The position numbers and the translations under genes are program-made. Shown here piece after piece: positions 12,519 to 25,000 of a stretch of 64,000 bases of DNA; the first letter of the stretch is position 1; every line of letters starts with the position of its first letter. Under the pieces are notes generated by a model, which saw only the letters and a list, made by a program, of their open reading frames with translations, was not told the origin of the DNA and did no database searches. The stretch is from Mobula hypostoma (Eukaryota), in contig NC_086109.1 of NCBI RefSeq assembly GCF_963921235.1, forward strand, positions 17,300,001 to 17,364,000, in the 5' to 3' direction.

Positions 12519-15500
12519 TTAACACCTTGACAGACAGTCAGCAATCACATTGTCCGTTCCTTTTATATGTTTTATCTTAATATCAAATTCCTGTAAGACC
12601 AGGCTCCAACTTAGTAAGCGTTTGTTTTTATCCTTCATTGTGGCCAAAAACACGAATGGATTGTGATCAGTGTAAACCATCAGTGGTTTCCGTGCCGGAC
12701 AAATATAAACCTCAAAATGTTGTAATGCTAGTATGATTGCCAGTAATTCCTTCTCCACAGTGGAATAATTTCTCTAATGGACATTAAACTTCTTTGAAAA
12801 ATAAGCCACTGGGTGATAGATCTCCTCTTTGTCTGTCTGCAACAGCACTGCCCTGGCCGCTTCGTCGCTAGCATCTGTTGCTAGGGAGAAGGGTTTTGAA
12901 AAGTCAGGCGCATTCAGTACAGGGTGGTGAAACAGAATCGCCTTCAGACTCTCGAAGGCTTGTTGACAAAGGTCGTTCCACACAAACTTCGCATTCTTCG
13001 GCAAGAGCTTAGTAAGAGGGAGGGTAATATCCGCAAAGTTTTTGCAAGACTTCGATAGTACCCCACCATCCCCAAGAACCTTCTCAGGGCTCTCTTGTCC
13101 GTCGAGATGGGAACTTCAGAGATATCCTGCATCGGTGCCAGCTGCCCCTGTCCTACCACATATCCCAGATAAGTGACCTTAGCGTGGCCGAACTCACTTT
13201 TTGCGAGGTTCACTGTCAGGTTGGCTTCAGACAGCCGTTTAAACAGTTCCTCTACTGCCACAATGTGCTCCTCCCACGTGTCACTCCAGACCACTAAATC
13301 ATCAATATACGCTTCTGCGTTTTTTAACCCTTTTATCACTGAATTAATCATCCTCTGGAAGGTTCCTGGGGCGTTTTTCATGCCAAAAGGTAAAACATTA
13401 TACTCGTATAACCCGGATGGAGTGACAAATGCTGAGATTTCTCTAGCCCGGCTGGTTAAAGGAACGCACCAGTACCCTTTTAGCAAATCGATCTTTGTGA
13501 TGTACTTCTCCCCACTTTATCGATGCAATCGTCTATCCTTGGGATGGGGTAAGCATCAGTTTTTGTGAGGGTGTTCACCTTTTTGTAATCTGTACAGAAT
13601 CGTATGCTCCCATCGACTTTCGGGACAACCACACAGGGAGACGCCCATTCCGATTTGGATGGCCTCATAATACCTGTGGCTAGCATGTGTTCAATTTCTT
13701 TCTCCACTAGCTTGCTCTTCTCCAAGTGCATCCTATAGGGATGTTGTTTAATAGGCTGGTCTGATGTGACAACAACATCATGTACCGTTCCCTTGCATCG
13801 CCTCGGGACATCTGGTCATACATCTGCATGCCGGTTAATTAGCTTTATCAGCGGCTCGCTGTGTTCGGGGGTTAAGTGAGAGACCCCATCAGCAAAGTTG
13901 GCCAAAACAATAGAGTTCTCCAATCTGGTCGGCACCATATTTATCTTTTCAAGGTGGGTTTCCCCCTTATCATTTGGCACCCCAGCCTCATTAATTTTCG
14001 TGATTACACCAACTAGATCTGCTTTCTGATCATGGTAAGCTTTTAACATATTAATGTGTACTAATTGGGTTGGCTTATGCCTGTCTGGCGTTTCGATAAC
14101 ATAATTCAAAGAGTCTATCTTTTTAATCACTTTGTACGGACCGTGGAATCTCGCCTGAAGGGGGTTGGTTACCACTGGAAACAGAACTAAGACCCAATCG
14201 CCCACTTGAAACACTTGTTCGCGGGCACATCTATCATACCACTGTTTCATTTTAGTTTGGGAGTGTCGTAGATTTTCTTTGGCAAGGTCACAGATCCTTT
14301 TAAGCCTCTCACAAAGTTTTAAAACGTAGTAAATCACATTGACTTGTACTGCTGGACTGGACCATTGCTCTTTCAGTAAGATCAGGGGTCTTCTGGGCCG
14401 ATGACCGAAGACGAGCTCGAATGGGCTGAACCCCAATGACTCCTGAACCGTGACCCTTACGGCAAATAACAGAAGAGGCAAGGCATCATCCCAGTCCCTA
14501 GTGTTCTCTTGACAATAAATTTTAATCATGGTCTTTAATGTTGCGTGGAGTCTTTCCAACACCCTTTGGGACTCTGGGTGGTACGCGGAGGCCAAAATCT
14601 GCTTTGCTCCCATCTCATCCAACATCCGTCGGAATGTGTGAGATGTGAGGACACTCCCCTGATCTGACTGGATTTCCCTGGGCAGCCCCACTGTAGTGAA
14701 AAATTTCACAAGCGCCTGTACCTCTGTGGGAGCCTTGACGCTTGCCAGGGGCACAGCCTCCGGAAACCTGGTGGCGGCGCACATCATAGTCATCACATAC
14801 TCTCGCCCACTCGCAGTTCTGGGCAGGGGACCGACAAAATCCACAATTATTCGGGAAAAAGGTTCGGTCGAAGGGGTGCTTTAGGCAGGACCTGGTTCGG
14901 CTTTTCTACCACCTGACATAAATGACACCGTCTACAATATTCAATAATATCCTTCCTCATGTTCGGCCAGTAAAACTCTTTCATAATTCTATCGACTGTT
15001 TTCCTCACCCCAAAATGTCCACTGAGGGGTATCTTGTGGGCCAGGTTAAAAATCTCGTCCCTATAAATTTTCGGCACTACCACCTGGTGTACCACCCCCC
15101 ACTCCTCATCTGCGGGCACGGTACTTGGTCTCCGCTTCCTCATCAGTACTCCTTCACATAATAGCCTACTGGTTCCCTTTTTATTTCCACTTTGGAGAGA
15201 GCTGTCTCCATCAAAACCATCAGCTCCTCATCTCGTTCCTGTGCCTGTATAAATTCCTTCCTCGCTAATGATAAATCTGCCTCAACTCCCTCACTTCCTT
15301 CCGCTCCACTATGCTCCTTCTTCGCACTTTCTAACTCCTCCTGGTACAAGGCTGGTGAAAACGTCTCAGCTAAATCTACATTCGCTTCGACAGCCTTTCT
15401 GGTCATGCGCTGAGTCACTGCGCAAACAGGATAAACCTGTGAGTCCATGGGCGGGTCCTCAGTCCTGGCAGGCTTGCTTGTCAGCTTTACTGCTGGGTAC

Positions 15501-16993
15501 ACATCTTCGCCTGCAAGGTCATTACCGAGTAAGACCTCCACGCCTTCCATCGGTAGTTCGGGCCTCACCCCTATCGTGACTGGTCCGGAGACCAAGTCGC
15601 TTTTTAGGTGTATCCGGTGCAAAGGTACTGCTTCAGTCCCTTTCCCAATGCCTTTTATCACACTGACCTCCCCAGTCTAGGTCTCTGAACTAAAGTCTAA
15701 CACCCTCCTTAAGATCAATGGCTGACCAGCCCCAGTGTCTCTCCAGATCCGTACTGGAACTGGGTTTGACCTCTCCTTCACTGACACCAATCCAGCCAGA
15801 ATAAACTTCTTGCGCCCTTCCTGAACTCTATCAGACCTCTTCTCCCCTAGCGGTTTGTTTGCCAGCTCAATACAGCCAGCTGGAGTCGTCGTTTTTCCTT
15901 TCCCCTTCTCCTCCTTTGGGGCAAAACACCTGGACACAATGTGACTGGTTTTCCCACAATTATAACATACAACCCCAGGAGACTTCCTACCAAACTGCTT
16001 CCTGTCTTCCTTATCCTTCTCACTAGTCCCTGACTTATTTTCTGGCTTTTCCGGCAGACTTTCTCCGCCCTTTTGACTACCCTTCTGGTAGCTTTTCCTC
16101 GGGGTAAACTTTGCTTTGGGTGTTAATGCGTACTCATCCGCAAACTTAGCAGTCGCGGCTAAGGTTTCTGCCCCTTTCTCATAGGGCCTCATACCTTCAG
16201 AGACACAACCTTTAAATTGCTCAATCAGTATTAGCTGTAGCAGTCTGTCATAATCTCCAGTGACCCCTTTCGAGGTGCACCAACGCTCACAATACATCTG
16301 CATCTCACGGACAAACTCTAAATACGTGCGGCCCCACTGCTTCCCACATTCCGGAACCTTTGCCGGTACGCCTCCGGGACCAATTCGTAAATCCTGAGTA
16401 TAGCCTCTTTCACCACATCATACCTCTGGGCATCTTCTGCGGACAATACCGAGTAAGCTTGCTGAGCCTTCCCCTTAAGTACACTCTGAAGCAAAACAGC
16501 CCACTTATCCCTCGGCCAGTCCTGACTTGCAGCGACTTTTTCAAAATGTAGAAAGTACCGATCAACATCGGCCTCCTCAAATGGGGGAACCAACCTAACC
16601 TCCTGGGTCGCCCTGAACCCTCCACTTTGGATCGGCATTTGGCCCCTCTCTAATGTCATCCTTAACTTCTCCAGCTCAAACATCCCTTTCCTTCTTTTTC
16701 TCTTCTTGTTCTAGCTGCTTTACTCAGAACTCGTGCTCGCGTCTTAATTTTTCCATCTGCAGCTGCACTGCTTCTCCACCTGGTTTGCTCATAGACACCA
16801 TCTCCAGCTCCCCTTGGGGAAACACACCTTTAGATACATAATGCTCAATGATAGCTCTGTGCATCTCCGCTCTCCTCATTGTCGGCTTCCCCTTAAAAAG
16901 ATTCAACCATTTGGCAACAGTTGCCAATTCTGATTTCCTGGCATCCTCTAATGCCTCCAAGGTTGGCGCCTTTAGAAATTCCTCAATCTCCAT
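12519..16993 (-). pseudogene. gag-pol: gag-pol polyprotein, frameshifted: Gag (capsid/SCAN-like, CCHC) - protease - integrase - RT - RNase H
   Basis: ORF pieces in order: MEIEEFL.., VPPFEEADVDRYFLHFEK..WPRDKW, CYNCGKTSHIVSRC knuckle, RDTGAGQ protease, HKIPLSGHFG..CRRCHLC and DFVGPLP..SDQGS..HPESQ..ER integrase, RFCTDYKKVN / LPFGMKNAP / YIDD RT, and ATDASD..EKELLAI..YTDHNP..NVIADCLSR RNase H. Multiple frameshifts and stops. Confidence 0.93.
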
Positions 16994-17070
16994 TTCTGCT
17001 GTTTGCCCTTTTTTTTCTTTCGGGAATTCTAACCTAATCAATTTACCCAGTCCCAAATTTTGGCGTTCAA

Positions 17071-17090
17071 AATCCCAGACGAGATCCCCA
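17071..17090 (-). other. Primer binding site, tRNA-Pro
   Basis: - strand TGGGGATCTCGTCTGGGATT lies just inside the 5' LTR and is near-complementary to the tRNA-Pro 3' end (canonical PBS TGGGGGCTCGTCCGGGATT). Confidence 0.85.
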
Positions 17091-17094
17091 CTTA

Positions 17095-17895
17095 TGTTAT
17101 GTACCCCGTAACTGGGTTGCCAAACCAGCAGAAATGGAATGTTCATTGGAGTCTGGATTACTAGGTACTAATAAAGTTTTATTAAAGAACTAAGTAATAT
17201 AGTACACTAATCGTAAGGATATAAGTGTAACAGGTTAGCAATGATAATACACACATATACACAGAACTAGGATAATAGGAATCAACCAAGCTCTACCGCA
17301 GTCTAGGGGTAAAATGATCGGTCTTCAGTGAAGCAGAGTTCAGTTCAGTTTAGTGCAGTTCGCAGTAATCGCTGTTGTCGTACCGTGTTAGAGGGAGAGA
17401 TAGAGATGCAATTTGGTTTCAGGCAGACCTTTTGATGTCTTCTAATCCCACTGTGGTCACCGACTGTGACCCCTCCGTTCCGGATACGATCGTTCTTTCG
17501 CGGTGAACCCAGCACCCAGGCAAGGGCGGACACACACCCCAGGTTCCCACCAGTCGCACCTTTACACCCTGTGAGCCTCTGGTCAGTTCCCGTGAACCAG
17601 TCCTCCAAACTCCCACCGACTTGTGGGGGCCCACTGCTCTTTCCAGGGTCTTGTGGTGTGTCTCGTGCCTTAGCAAACCCTGCTCCTTTTATCCCTCTGC
17701 TGGGTATCACCTGTCCATCAAACTTTAAACAGTTCAGGTTCAAGGCAACCGGTCTGTCAGTATCTGAATTGTGTTTCTTTCCTGTTAATCCCTCTCTTCT
17801 CTCTTATTAGCATTTTGAATGTTTCTCCATTGTCTTTCTTATCACTCTCATTAGCATCTTCCGTCCAGTACCTTTGCTGGGCGTCACACGTGACA
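17095..17895 (-). repeat. 5' LTR of the Gmr1-like element
   Basis: Direct repeat of 11574-12401. Adjacent to the PBS, with the GGTG TSD outside. Confidence 0.95.
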
Positions 17896-18004
17896 GGTGT
17901 CAGCATGCATGGTGAGAGAACGTGAAGGGTTAGGAATAATGATAAGGTGAGATTGGTGTCAGGAGTGTGAATGTTATTTGGCATCTGCACGATGCTTATG
18001 AAGA

Positions 18005-18282
18005 GCTTTATTTGTCAAATGTACATCGAAACATACAGTGAAATGTGTAATTTACATCAAATCAAATCAGCAAGGATTGTGCTGGGAAGCCCTCAAGTGT
18101 CACCACGCTTCCAGTGGCCACTTGGCATGCCCACAACTCAGTAACCCTAATAGTACAGCTTTCGAATGTGAGGGGAAACCCATGCTATATGGAGAGAACG
18201 TACAAACTCCTCACAAGCAGTGGCAGGGATTCAATCCCGATCATACAGATGGCGCTATAATAACATTACACTAACCACCGCC
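18005..18282 (-). mobile_element. tRNA-derived SINE (family of 46750-48100 and 56275-56540)
   Basis: Reverse complement carries a gtggttagtgtaatg A-box, gggattgaatcc B-box-like motif and gaggagtttgtacgttctcc body. Confidence 0.7.
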
Positions 18283-18489
18283 CGATGTAATAGCAGCTGA
18301 GAGCAGACAAATCAGATGACAGGTCAGGAGTTTGTACGGGATAGTTTCTGGGATCATCAGTAATCACATCTGTTCCTTCTGGACTCTAATAGTGGGGAAA
18401 AATACATATCCAAATTATCTGAATCTGCAAGGCCAAATCTGCCTGCACTTCAGGACTATTGTGGCTTTTGTGAGTTGCTGATAATTGTT

Positions 18490-18659
18490 AACAAAATCTG
18501 AAGTTGCTGGAAATCCGAGCAGCACACACAAAATGCTGGAAGAACTCACAAGGGCAGGCAGCATCTAGGAAAAGAGTGAAGTTGACATTTCAAATGTTGA
18601 TTGTACTCTTTTCCTAGATGCTGCCTGGCCTGCTGAATTGTTCAGCGTTTTGTGTGTGC
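18490..18659. mobile_element. Short fold-back Penelope-like terminal-repeat insertion
   Basis: Inverted arms (cacacacaaaatgctg...gcagcatctaggaaaagagt / actcttttcctagatgctgc...ttttgtgtgtg) with a 14-bp TSD TGCTGATAATTGTT (18476-18489 / 18660-18673). Confidence 0.8.
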
Positions 18660-19152
18660 TGCTGATAATTGTTGTTGACCTGCAACTCTGCTATGCAGCA
18701 GTTCAGATTCTGGATGATGCTGGTCACAAATTTAATTACCTTTATGCTGATAACAGAAAGATTTGAGAATATGGTATGTAGTTCATTCCTGATATTTTAG
18801 ACTGGTATACAAGCCAAGAGAACATTACGTAGTGCTATTCTGAATCTGTAGTCAAAGTGCAAAAAATAAGTTTCCACAGACCTTTCTCAGATATCAAGGA
18901 TGTGGATCCATCTCTGTTGAAAGCTAAAATAATGAGGAAATCATGTGGTGACATGTTTTTTTTATCTGAATAAACTCCAGCTAAAGTTGTCAATGTAGCT
19001 AAAATTTGTTGATGCAGACATTTTGAAATAAAAGTTCATTGGTTTGAAGAAGGCCAAATACTGGTGTATGAAATGTTTAAATGAGTCAGCTAAAGCCCTA
19101 AATTATCTGCAAATGATCTGTACATTGCTTGGCAGTGATTTGTCGTGACATA

Positions 19153-19368
19153 CAGGCAACCCCTGCATTGCGGCCCTTCAGGTAATGGAAAATACACCCT
19201 TGCAGAAAATCACTACCCAAAATAGTTAGCTATGGAATAAAATTTGTTGACAGAATTTATGCAGGGGGGGAGTTTTTTTAAACTCATGTTTCTTGAAGCA
19301 TCTATAAAAAGAGGCTTCGGGTACGGAAAATTGCAACACAGTCTATTTTCTTAAAGCACAATACTCCT
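19153..19368. mobile_element. Tigger/Tc-mariner-like MITE (degraded)
   Basis: TA-CAGG...CCTG-TA termini and similarity to the 3146 copy. Confidence 0.4.
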
Positions 19369-19774
19369 GTAACACATGCCTGCTGGAATCTAAACTTGGG
19401 TTGCTTCAAGATACTTAATAGCATCCATTACCAGCCACAAGGGGGAGAGTTTACATCTTCATGCCAATAGGGACCTCTTGTGACGTACAATGGTATATGC
19501 AATTCATTGCCTTGTGCATAACAATTAATTTGTATATATTGGTCTGGATTTCTCAGTTTGGGTAGTATAAATGCTGTTCAATTTCCAGGTTGCCTCAAAG
19601 TGCAGTACATTTCCATTCATGTGGCAGAGCTCTGTAGGCAAATTCCTTGATACACTCTGCTGCTGTGTCTTGTTATTTTAAGGGCAGAGAAGAAGCTGGC
19701 TGAGAATCACCAACACTTGGAGTGGGTGTTCTGCTCTTGTCTTCTGTGCCAGGATAGAACAGCTGCTGCACTTA

Positions 19775-21721
19775 CAGTTCCAAGAAAAAGCTTGTGAATC
19801 CTTTGCAATTACCTGGTTTTCTGCATTAATTGCTCATAAAAAGTGGTCCGATTTTCATCTAAGTCACCATAATAGACAAACACAATCTGCCTAAACTAAT
19901 AACCCACCATCAATTGTACTACTTCTTGTCAATACTGAGTACATTATTTAAACAATCATAGTCCAAGTTCAAAAAAGTATGTGAACCTCTGGCGTAATGC
20001 CTTCTACAAAAGTTATTTGGAGTCAGGTATTGCAATCAATGAGTTGAGATTGGAGGTGTGGGTGGTAGAGGTTCCTTGCCCTATGTATATTTTTTTTTAA
20101 AAAAGATACACAGTCAGGTTACTGACAGAGTCTGCTTTTCTCAAAAAGTATCTGTTTATGTGCACTATGCCTCAATCAAAATCTTTCAGAGAACCAAAGA
20201 AGAACAATTGTAGAGCTGGGTGAAGCTGGAAAAGGCTACAAAGGCATTTCTAAAGACCTGAGTATTGTCAACAAATGGAGGAAACCCAGTACTGTTGCTA
20301 CTCTCCCTAGGAGTAGGCATCTTGCAGAGATCACACCAAGAGCACAACATGTAGTGCTGAAGGAGGTGGAAAAGAACCCAAGGGTAATAGCAAAAGACCT
20401 ACAGAAATCTCTAAAACTTGCTAAAATCTCTGTTCATGTGTCCACAAAAGAAAAACATTGAACAAGAATGGTGTTCATGGAAGGAAGGACACCACAGAGG
20501 GAACCACTGCTCTCCAAAAAAAAATTACTGCACTTAAGTTTGCAAAAGACCTCCTCCTAGATGTTCCACGATGTTTCTGGGACAATATTCTGTGTACAGA
20601 TAAGACAAAAGTTGAACTATTTGGCAGAAATGCACACTGCGTTGTTTGGAGGAAAAAGGTGGTAGGTGAGGACAAGAAGAATCCTGTCCCTGGTAGCATG
20701 GCGGGAGGATGGGGTAAGAGCAGGCATGCGTGAAGTGGAAGAGATGCGGTTGAGGGCAGCATTGATGGTGGAGGAAGGGAAGCCCCTTTCTTTGAAAAAG
20801 GAGGACATCTTCGTTCTAGGATGAAAAGCTTCATCCTGAGAGCAAATGCTCTGGAGATGGAGGAATTGAAAGAAGGAGATGGTGTTTTTACAAGTAGCAG
20901 GGTGATATAGTCCAGGTAGCTGAGAGAGCCTGTTGGTTTATAATAGACATCGGTGGATAAGCTGTCTCCGGAGATCGAGACAGTGAGATTGAGAAAGGGA
21001 AGGGAAGTATTGGAAATGGATCAGGTGAATTTGAGGACAGGGTGGAAGCTGAGGCAAAGTTGATGAAAGCGACAAGTTCAGCATGGGTACAGGAAGCAGC
21101 ACCAATGCAGTCATCGATGTAGCGTAGGAAAAGTGCGGAATGGTCACCAATGTAGGCATGGAACATAGACTGTTCCACTTAGCCAACAAACAGGCAGGCG
21201 TAGCTGGGACCCATACGAGTGCGCATGGCTATATCTTTGTTTGAAGGAACTGGGAGGACCCAAAGAAGAAATTATTTAGAGTGAGAACAAATTCTGCTAG
21301 TTGAAACAGAGTCGTGTGGAGGGAACTGTTTGGGTCTTGTGTCCAGAAAGAGGCAGAGAACTTTGGAGCCTTCCTGGTGGGGTATGGGGATGTACAGGGA
21401 CTGGACATCCATAGTAAAAATAAGATGATGGTGGCCAAGGAACCTGCAATCCTTGAAAAGATCAAGAGCATCTTTTTTCCATAGAGAAAACTCAGCCTGA
21501 CTTGCTGAGTTCCTCCAGCATTTTGTGTGTGTTGCCTGGATTTCCAGCATCTGCAGATTTTCTCTTGTTTGATGAAAAGTATAAATTTTGTGTGTTATCA
21601 GTTTAGGCAGATAGTGTTTGTCTATTATTGTGACTTTGATTAGATCAGACCTCATTTTATAACTAACTAATGTAGAAAACCAGGTAATTGCAAAGGGTTC
21701 ACAAACTTTTTCATGCAAGTG
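19775..21721 (+). mobile_element. Tc1-family (IR/DR type) DNA transposon, internally deleted and interrupted by a PLE fragment
   Basis: TA-flanked TIRs (CAGTTCCAAGAAAAAGCTTGTGAATCCTTTGCAATTACCTGGTTTTCT.. / ..AGAAAACCAGGTAATTGCAAAGGGTTCACAAACTTTTTCATGCAAGTG). Transposase remnant 20167-20657 (MPQSK.., EAGKGYKGISKDL, FWDNILCTDKTKVELFGRN). Confidence 0.9.
20660..21570 (-). mobile_element. Penelope-like element RT fragment with an inverted terminal-repeat piece
   Basis: - strand peptides FTMDVQSLYIPIPH, LTLNNFFFG and FLRYIDDCIG. 21470-21570 is the same terminal repeat (gctgagttcctccagcattttgtgtgtgttgc..ccagcatctgcag) in the opposite orientation. Confidence 0.85.
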
Positions 21722-22379
21722 TAATATTGCTCTTCATGAGTGCTGCGTGTATTTCAATTGTTAGAAAGTTTTAATTGCCCTCTTTGTAGCTGAGCTTGGG
21801 GTAGAAATCAATAACCTGTTTTTTGTTTCTGATATTTTCTGTCAAGTCCATATATAAAACGGATCATATTTTAAATCTTAAATTATTTTAAACCATTAAA
21901 ATGAATTGAAATTGACCATGAAGTTCTTCTGGGCTAGTTTTCCATTATCACATGAAGATTGAGATAATTCTGAAGGTTGGTGTTTTTTTTTAAATGTGTA
22001 TGGCAATAATGTGATGCAGTATTTTTATACAAATGTATCTTGGATATGGTGAGTTTGGATGTCCATCTGTTGGGATACCTGGTTTTTCCAACTAACGCAA
22101 TGCACAGCATTGTGGGCTGAAGGACCTGTATTGTGCTGTAGGTTTTCTATGTTAATGTAGTCACTATCCTTATTGGAGTTATTTAACAAGAATTTTATGT
22201 ATAATATGTTGATCAAAATATATGGCTATCACTAAAGGAACTCGAAGCATTGGCATCTGAATCCATTGATTGATTCCTAGCTACACAGCAACCAATTGAA
22301 AATTATCAAAAAATGCTCCACAGAAAGCATTGGGTCATTTCTATGACTGAAATAAGATCATTTTCCAACATTTTAACAA

Positions 22380-22908
22380 AACATAGAACATAGAATAGTA
22401 CAGCACAGTACAGGCCCTTTGGCCCACAATGTTGTGCTCACCCTCAAACCCTGCCTCCCATATAACCCCCCCCACCTTAAATTCCTCCATATACCTTTCT
22501 AGTAGCCTCTTAAATTTCACTAGTGTATCTCCCTCCACCACTGACTCAGGCAGTGCATTCCATGCACCAACCACTCTCTGAGTAAAAAACCTTCCTCTAA
22601 TATCCCCCTTGAACTTCCCACCCCTTACCTTAAAGCCATGTCCTCTTGTATTGAGCAGCGGTGCCCTTGGGAAGAGGTGCTGGCTATCCACTCTATCTAT
22701 TCCTCTTAATATCTTGTATACCTCTACCATGTCTCCTTTCATCCTCCTTCTCTCCAAAGAGTAAAGCCCTAGCTCCCTTAATCCCTGATCATAATGCATA
22801 CTCTCTAAACCAGGCAGCATCCTGGTAAATCTCCTCTGTACCCTTTCCAATGCTTCCACATCCTTCCTATAGTGAGGCGACCAGAACTAGACACAGTACT
22901 CCAAGTGT
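22380..22908 (-). mobile_element. CR1 LINE 3' end (ORF2 C-terminus and 3' UTR)
   Basis: EALERVQRRFTRMLPGL..LYSLERRR..TRGHGFK..FFTQRVVGAWNALP, with a (TTCTATG)-type tandem tail. Confidence 0.92.
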
Positions 22909-23649
22909 TATCAAAGTTATCTCTGAAAATTCATCACAGTTAATGTTGAAAAAAAATGTGCCTGGGTAAACTTTTTGATTTGTGGCAAGTTAACAAACAA
23001 TTCACATCCATTCAAGGCTCATGTTGATTGAGCCACAGGTCTTATGTCCATCTGCACCACTGGGTGGCAGTAATGCACATTTTAAAAAATCCTAATTTAT
23101 CACAAACACAAAATCTGCAGATATTGGAAATCCAAGCAACACACACACACAAAATGCTAGAGAAGTTCATCTTGGCTTGCAATGTTAGGTTCTCTGACAC
23201 AGAGTTTGATATTAAGAGATGTGTTGAATTTACATGGTGTTCTTCCTGTGATCATATTGGTCACAATCTGTAAACTTGTTATCAGGTACATGCAACATAC
23301 TCTCCTGTGGGTCACCATTGATGAGAAACTTAACTCAACGTGCAGCAATTGACTTAACTCATGACATCCCAAGGCCTTGTCCCCATCTGCAGCACCAATC
23401 AAAGGCATACTGGGACATTTCTTTTTAGCTTGCTTGATGGGGATTCAACATCTCAAGAAATTTGATGCCATCCAGGACAAAGTAGTCTGCCTGATTGTCA
23501 TCACATCCACCACTTTAAATATTCATTCCCTTCTCCACCAGTCCACACTACTTGCAATCTGTACCACTTGAAAATGCACTGTAGTTAAATGTTCAGACTA
23601 CTCTGCTGGCAACTGTATAAATCTAAAACCTAGGCCACCAAGGAGGATC

Positions 23650-24240
23650 AAGTTCAAGTACATTGTCACTTCAACAGTATACATGTGTGCCGCCAAACAA
23701 AGGAAGTTCCTCCAGACCAAGGTGCACAACATGGTGCATAAAACTTGCACATAACACATAAATAATATTACCAAAAATAAATTAGCAAATAATAAGGTTC
23801 ATTTGTGACACAAGTTTAATATGTGGCGAGACCTGGGTGGCAGGGAGTGCAGTAATTTTATGACCTGGGGAAGAACCTGTTTCCCATCCGAACAGTATTT
23901 GACCTAATGATACAGTATCTCTTACCTGATGGTAGGGGATCAAAGAGATTGTGGGCTGGATCAGAGGACTTCTGGTAAAATTTCAAATGGGTGAAAGAGA
24001 GATCGGCATGATTCTCTCAGCAGTCTTTGCAACCCTTTGTAGGGTCTTGTGGTCAGATGCCTTGCAATTCCTGTACCAGACAGTGATGTAGCTGGTCAGG
24101 ACACTCTCAGTAGTGGTCCTGTTTTTTTTAAAAAAAAGAATGGTGGTGGTTGGGAGGGGAGTTGGCCTCAATCTCCTCAAAGCTGAGACACTGCTGTGCT
24201 TTCTTTACTAAAGAGGTGGTGTTGAGGGACCAGGTGAAAT
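23650..24240 (-). mobile_element. Rex1/L2-type LINE 3' remnant
   Basis: KKAQQCL.., ESVLTSYITVWY.NC...DHKTLQRV.KTAERI; degraded. Confidence 0.7.
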
Positions 24241-24599
24241 GAACAGCCAGTACATAGAACCCCTTCATCACTTGTGGGTTCCCCTCCAACTCGCATGTAA
24301 TTGCTAATTTGAAAGTGTCATATTGCTGCATTAAAATCCTGAAGCTGCCCCCAGAATTGTAGGAGTGCTTTTATAAAGAAGGACTGCAGCCATTTAAAAA
24401 ATGTGTTTCAACCCCCACCTTCTCAGCCAAGAAATGGGCAGTAGGTACTGGTCTAGCAAACAGTGTCCAGATAGCAACAAGTGAAGAAATAAACATTGTT
24501 TTTATTGCCAAATGCTAGCATTTGGTGAGTAAATGCCCAGAGTCAAAACAGCAGCTATTTTCAACATAAAAATAATAATGTTTCTTTACAATGAACGCA

Positions 24600-25000
24600 G
24601 TAGCATACTGAAGGAGTACTTGTTCCACTTCCTGGTTTTAAAAAAAAGTTTCCCCTCCCCCTTTCCTCTTCTATTCCCCACTCTGGCCTCTTACCTCCTC
24701 TCTCCTGCCTCCTCCTCCCCTTTCTTCTATGATCCACTCTCCACTCCAATCAGGTTCTTTCTCCAGTCCTTTACCTTTCCTACCCACCTGGCTTCAACTA
24801 TCATTTTCTAGCTAGCCTCCTTCCCCTCACGTCCACTTCTTTATTCTGCCTTCTTTCCCCTTCTTTTCCAGACCTGATGAAGGGTCTCAGCCCAAAACAT
24901 CAGCTGTTTATTTCCATGGATCCTGCCTGACCTGCTGAGTTCCTCCTGTATTTTGTGCATGTTGCTTTGGATTTCCAGCATCTGCAGAATTTCATGTTCC
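24600..25000 (+). mobile_element. Penelope-like terminal repeat with a degenerate hammerhead motif
   Basis: Pyrimidine-rich tract, then CTGATGAAGGGTCTCAGCCCAAAACATC (24874-) and gctgagttcctc..ccagcatctgcag. Confidence 0.75.

Larger units (their letters stand above)
11574..17895 (-). mobile_element. Full-length Ty3/gypsy LTR retrotransposon, Gmr1-like (integrase upstream of RT)
   Basis: Two TG...CA LTRs (11574-12401, 17095-17895), 4-bp TSD GGTG (11570-11573 / 17896-17899), PBS, PPT and gag-pol remnants. Confidence 0.96.

Noticed and set aside
17066..17090. tRNA-Pro 3'-end-like sequence ending in CCA
   Set aside because: It is the retrotransposon PBS; there is no full cloverleaf.
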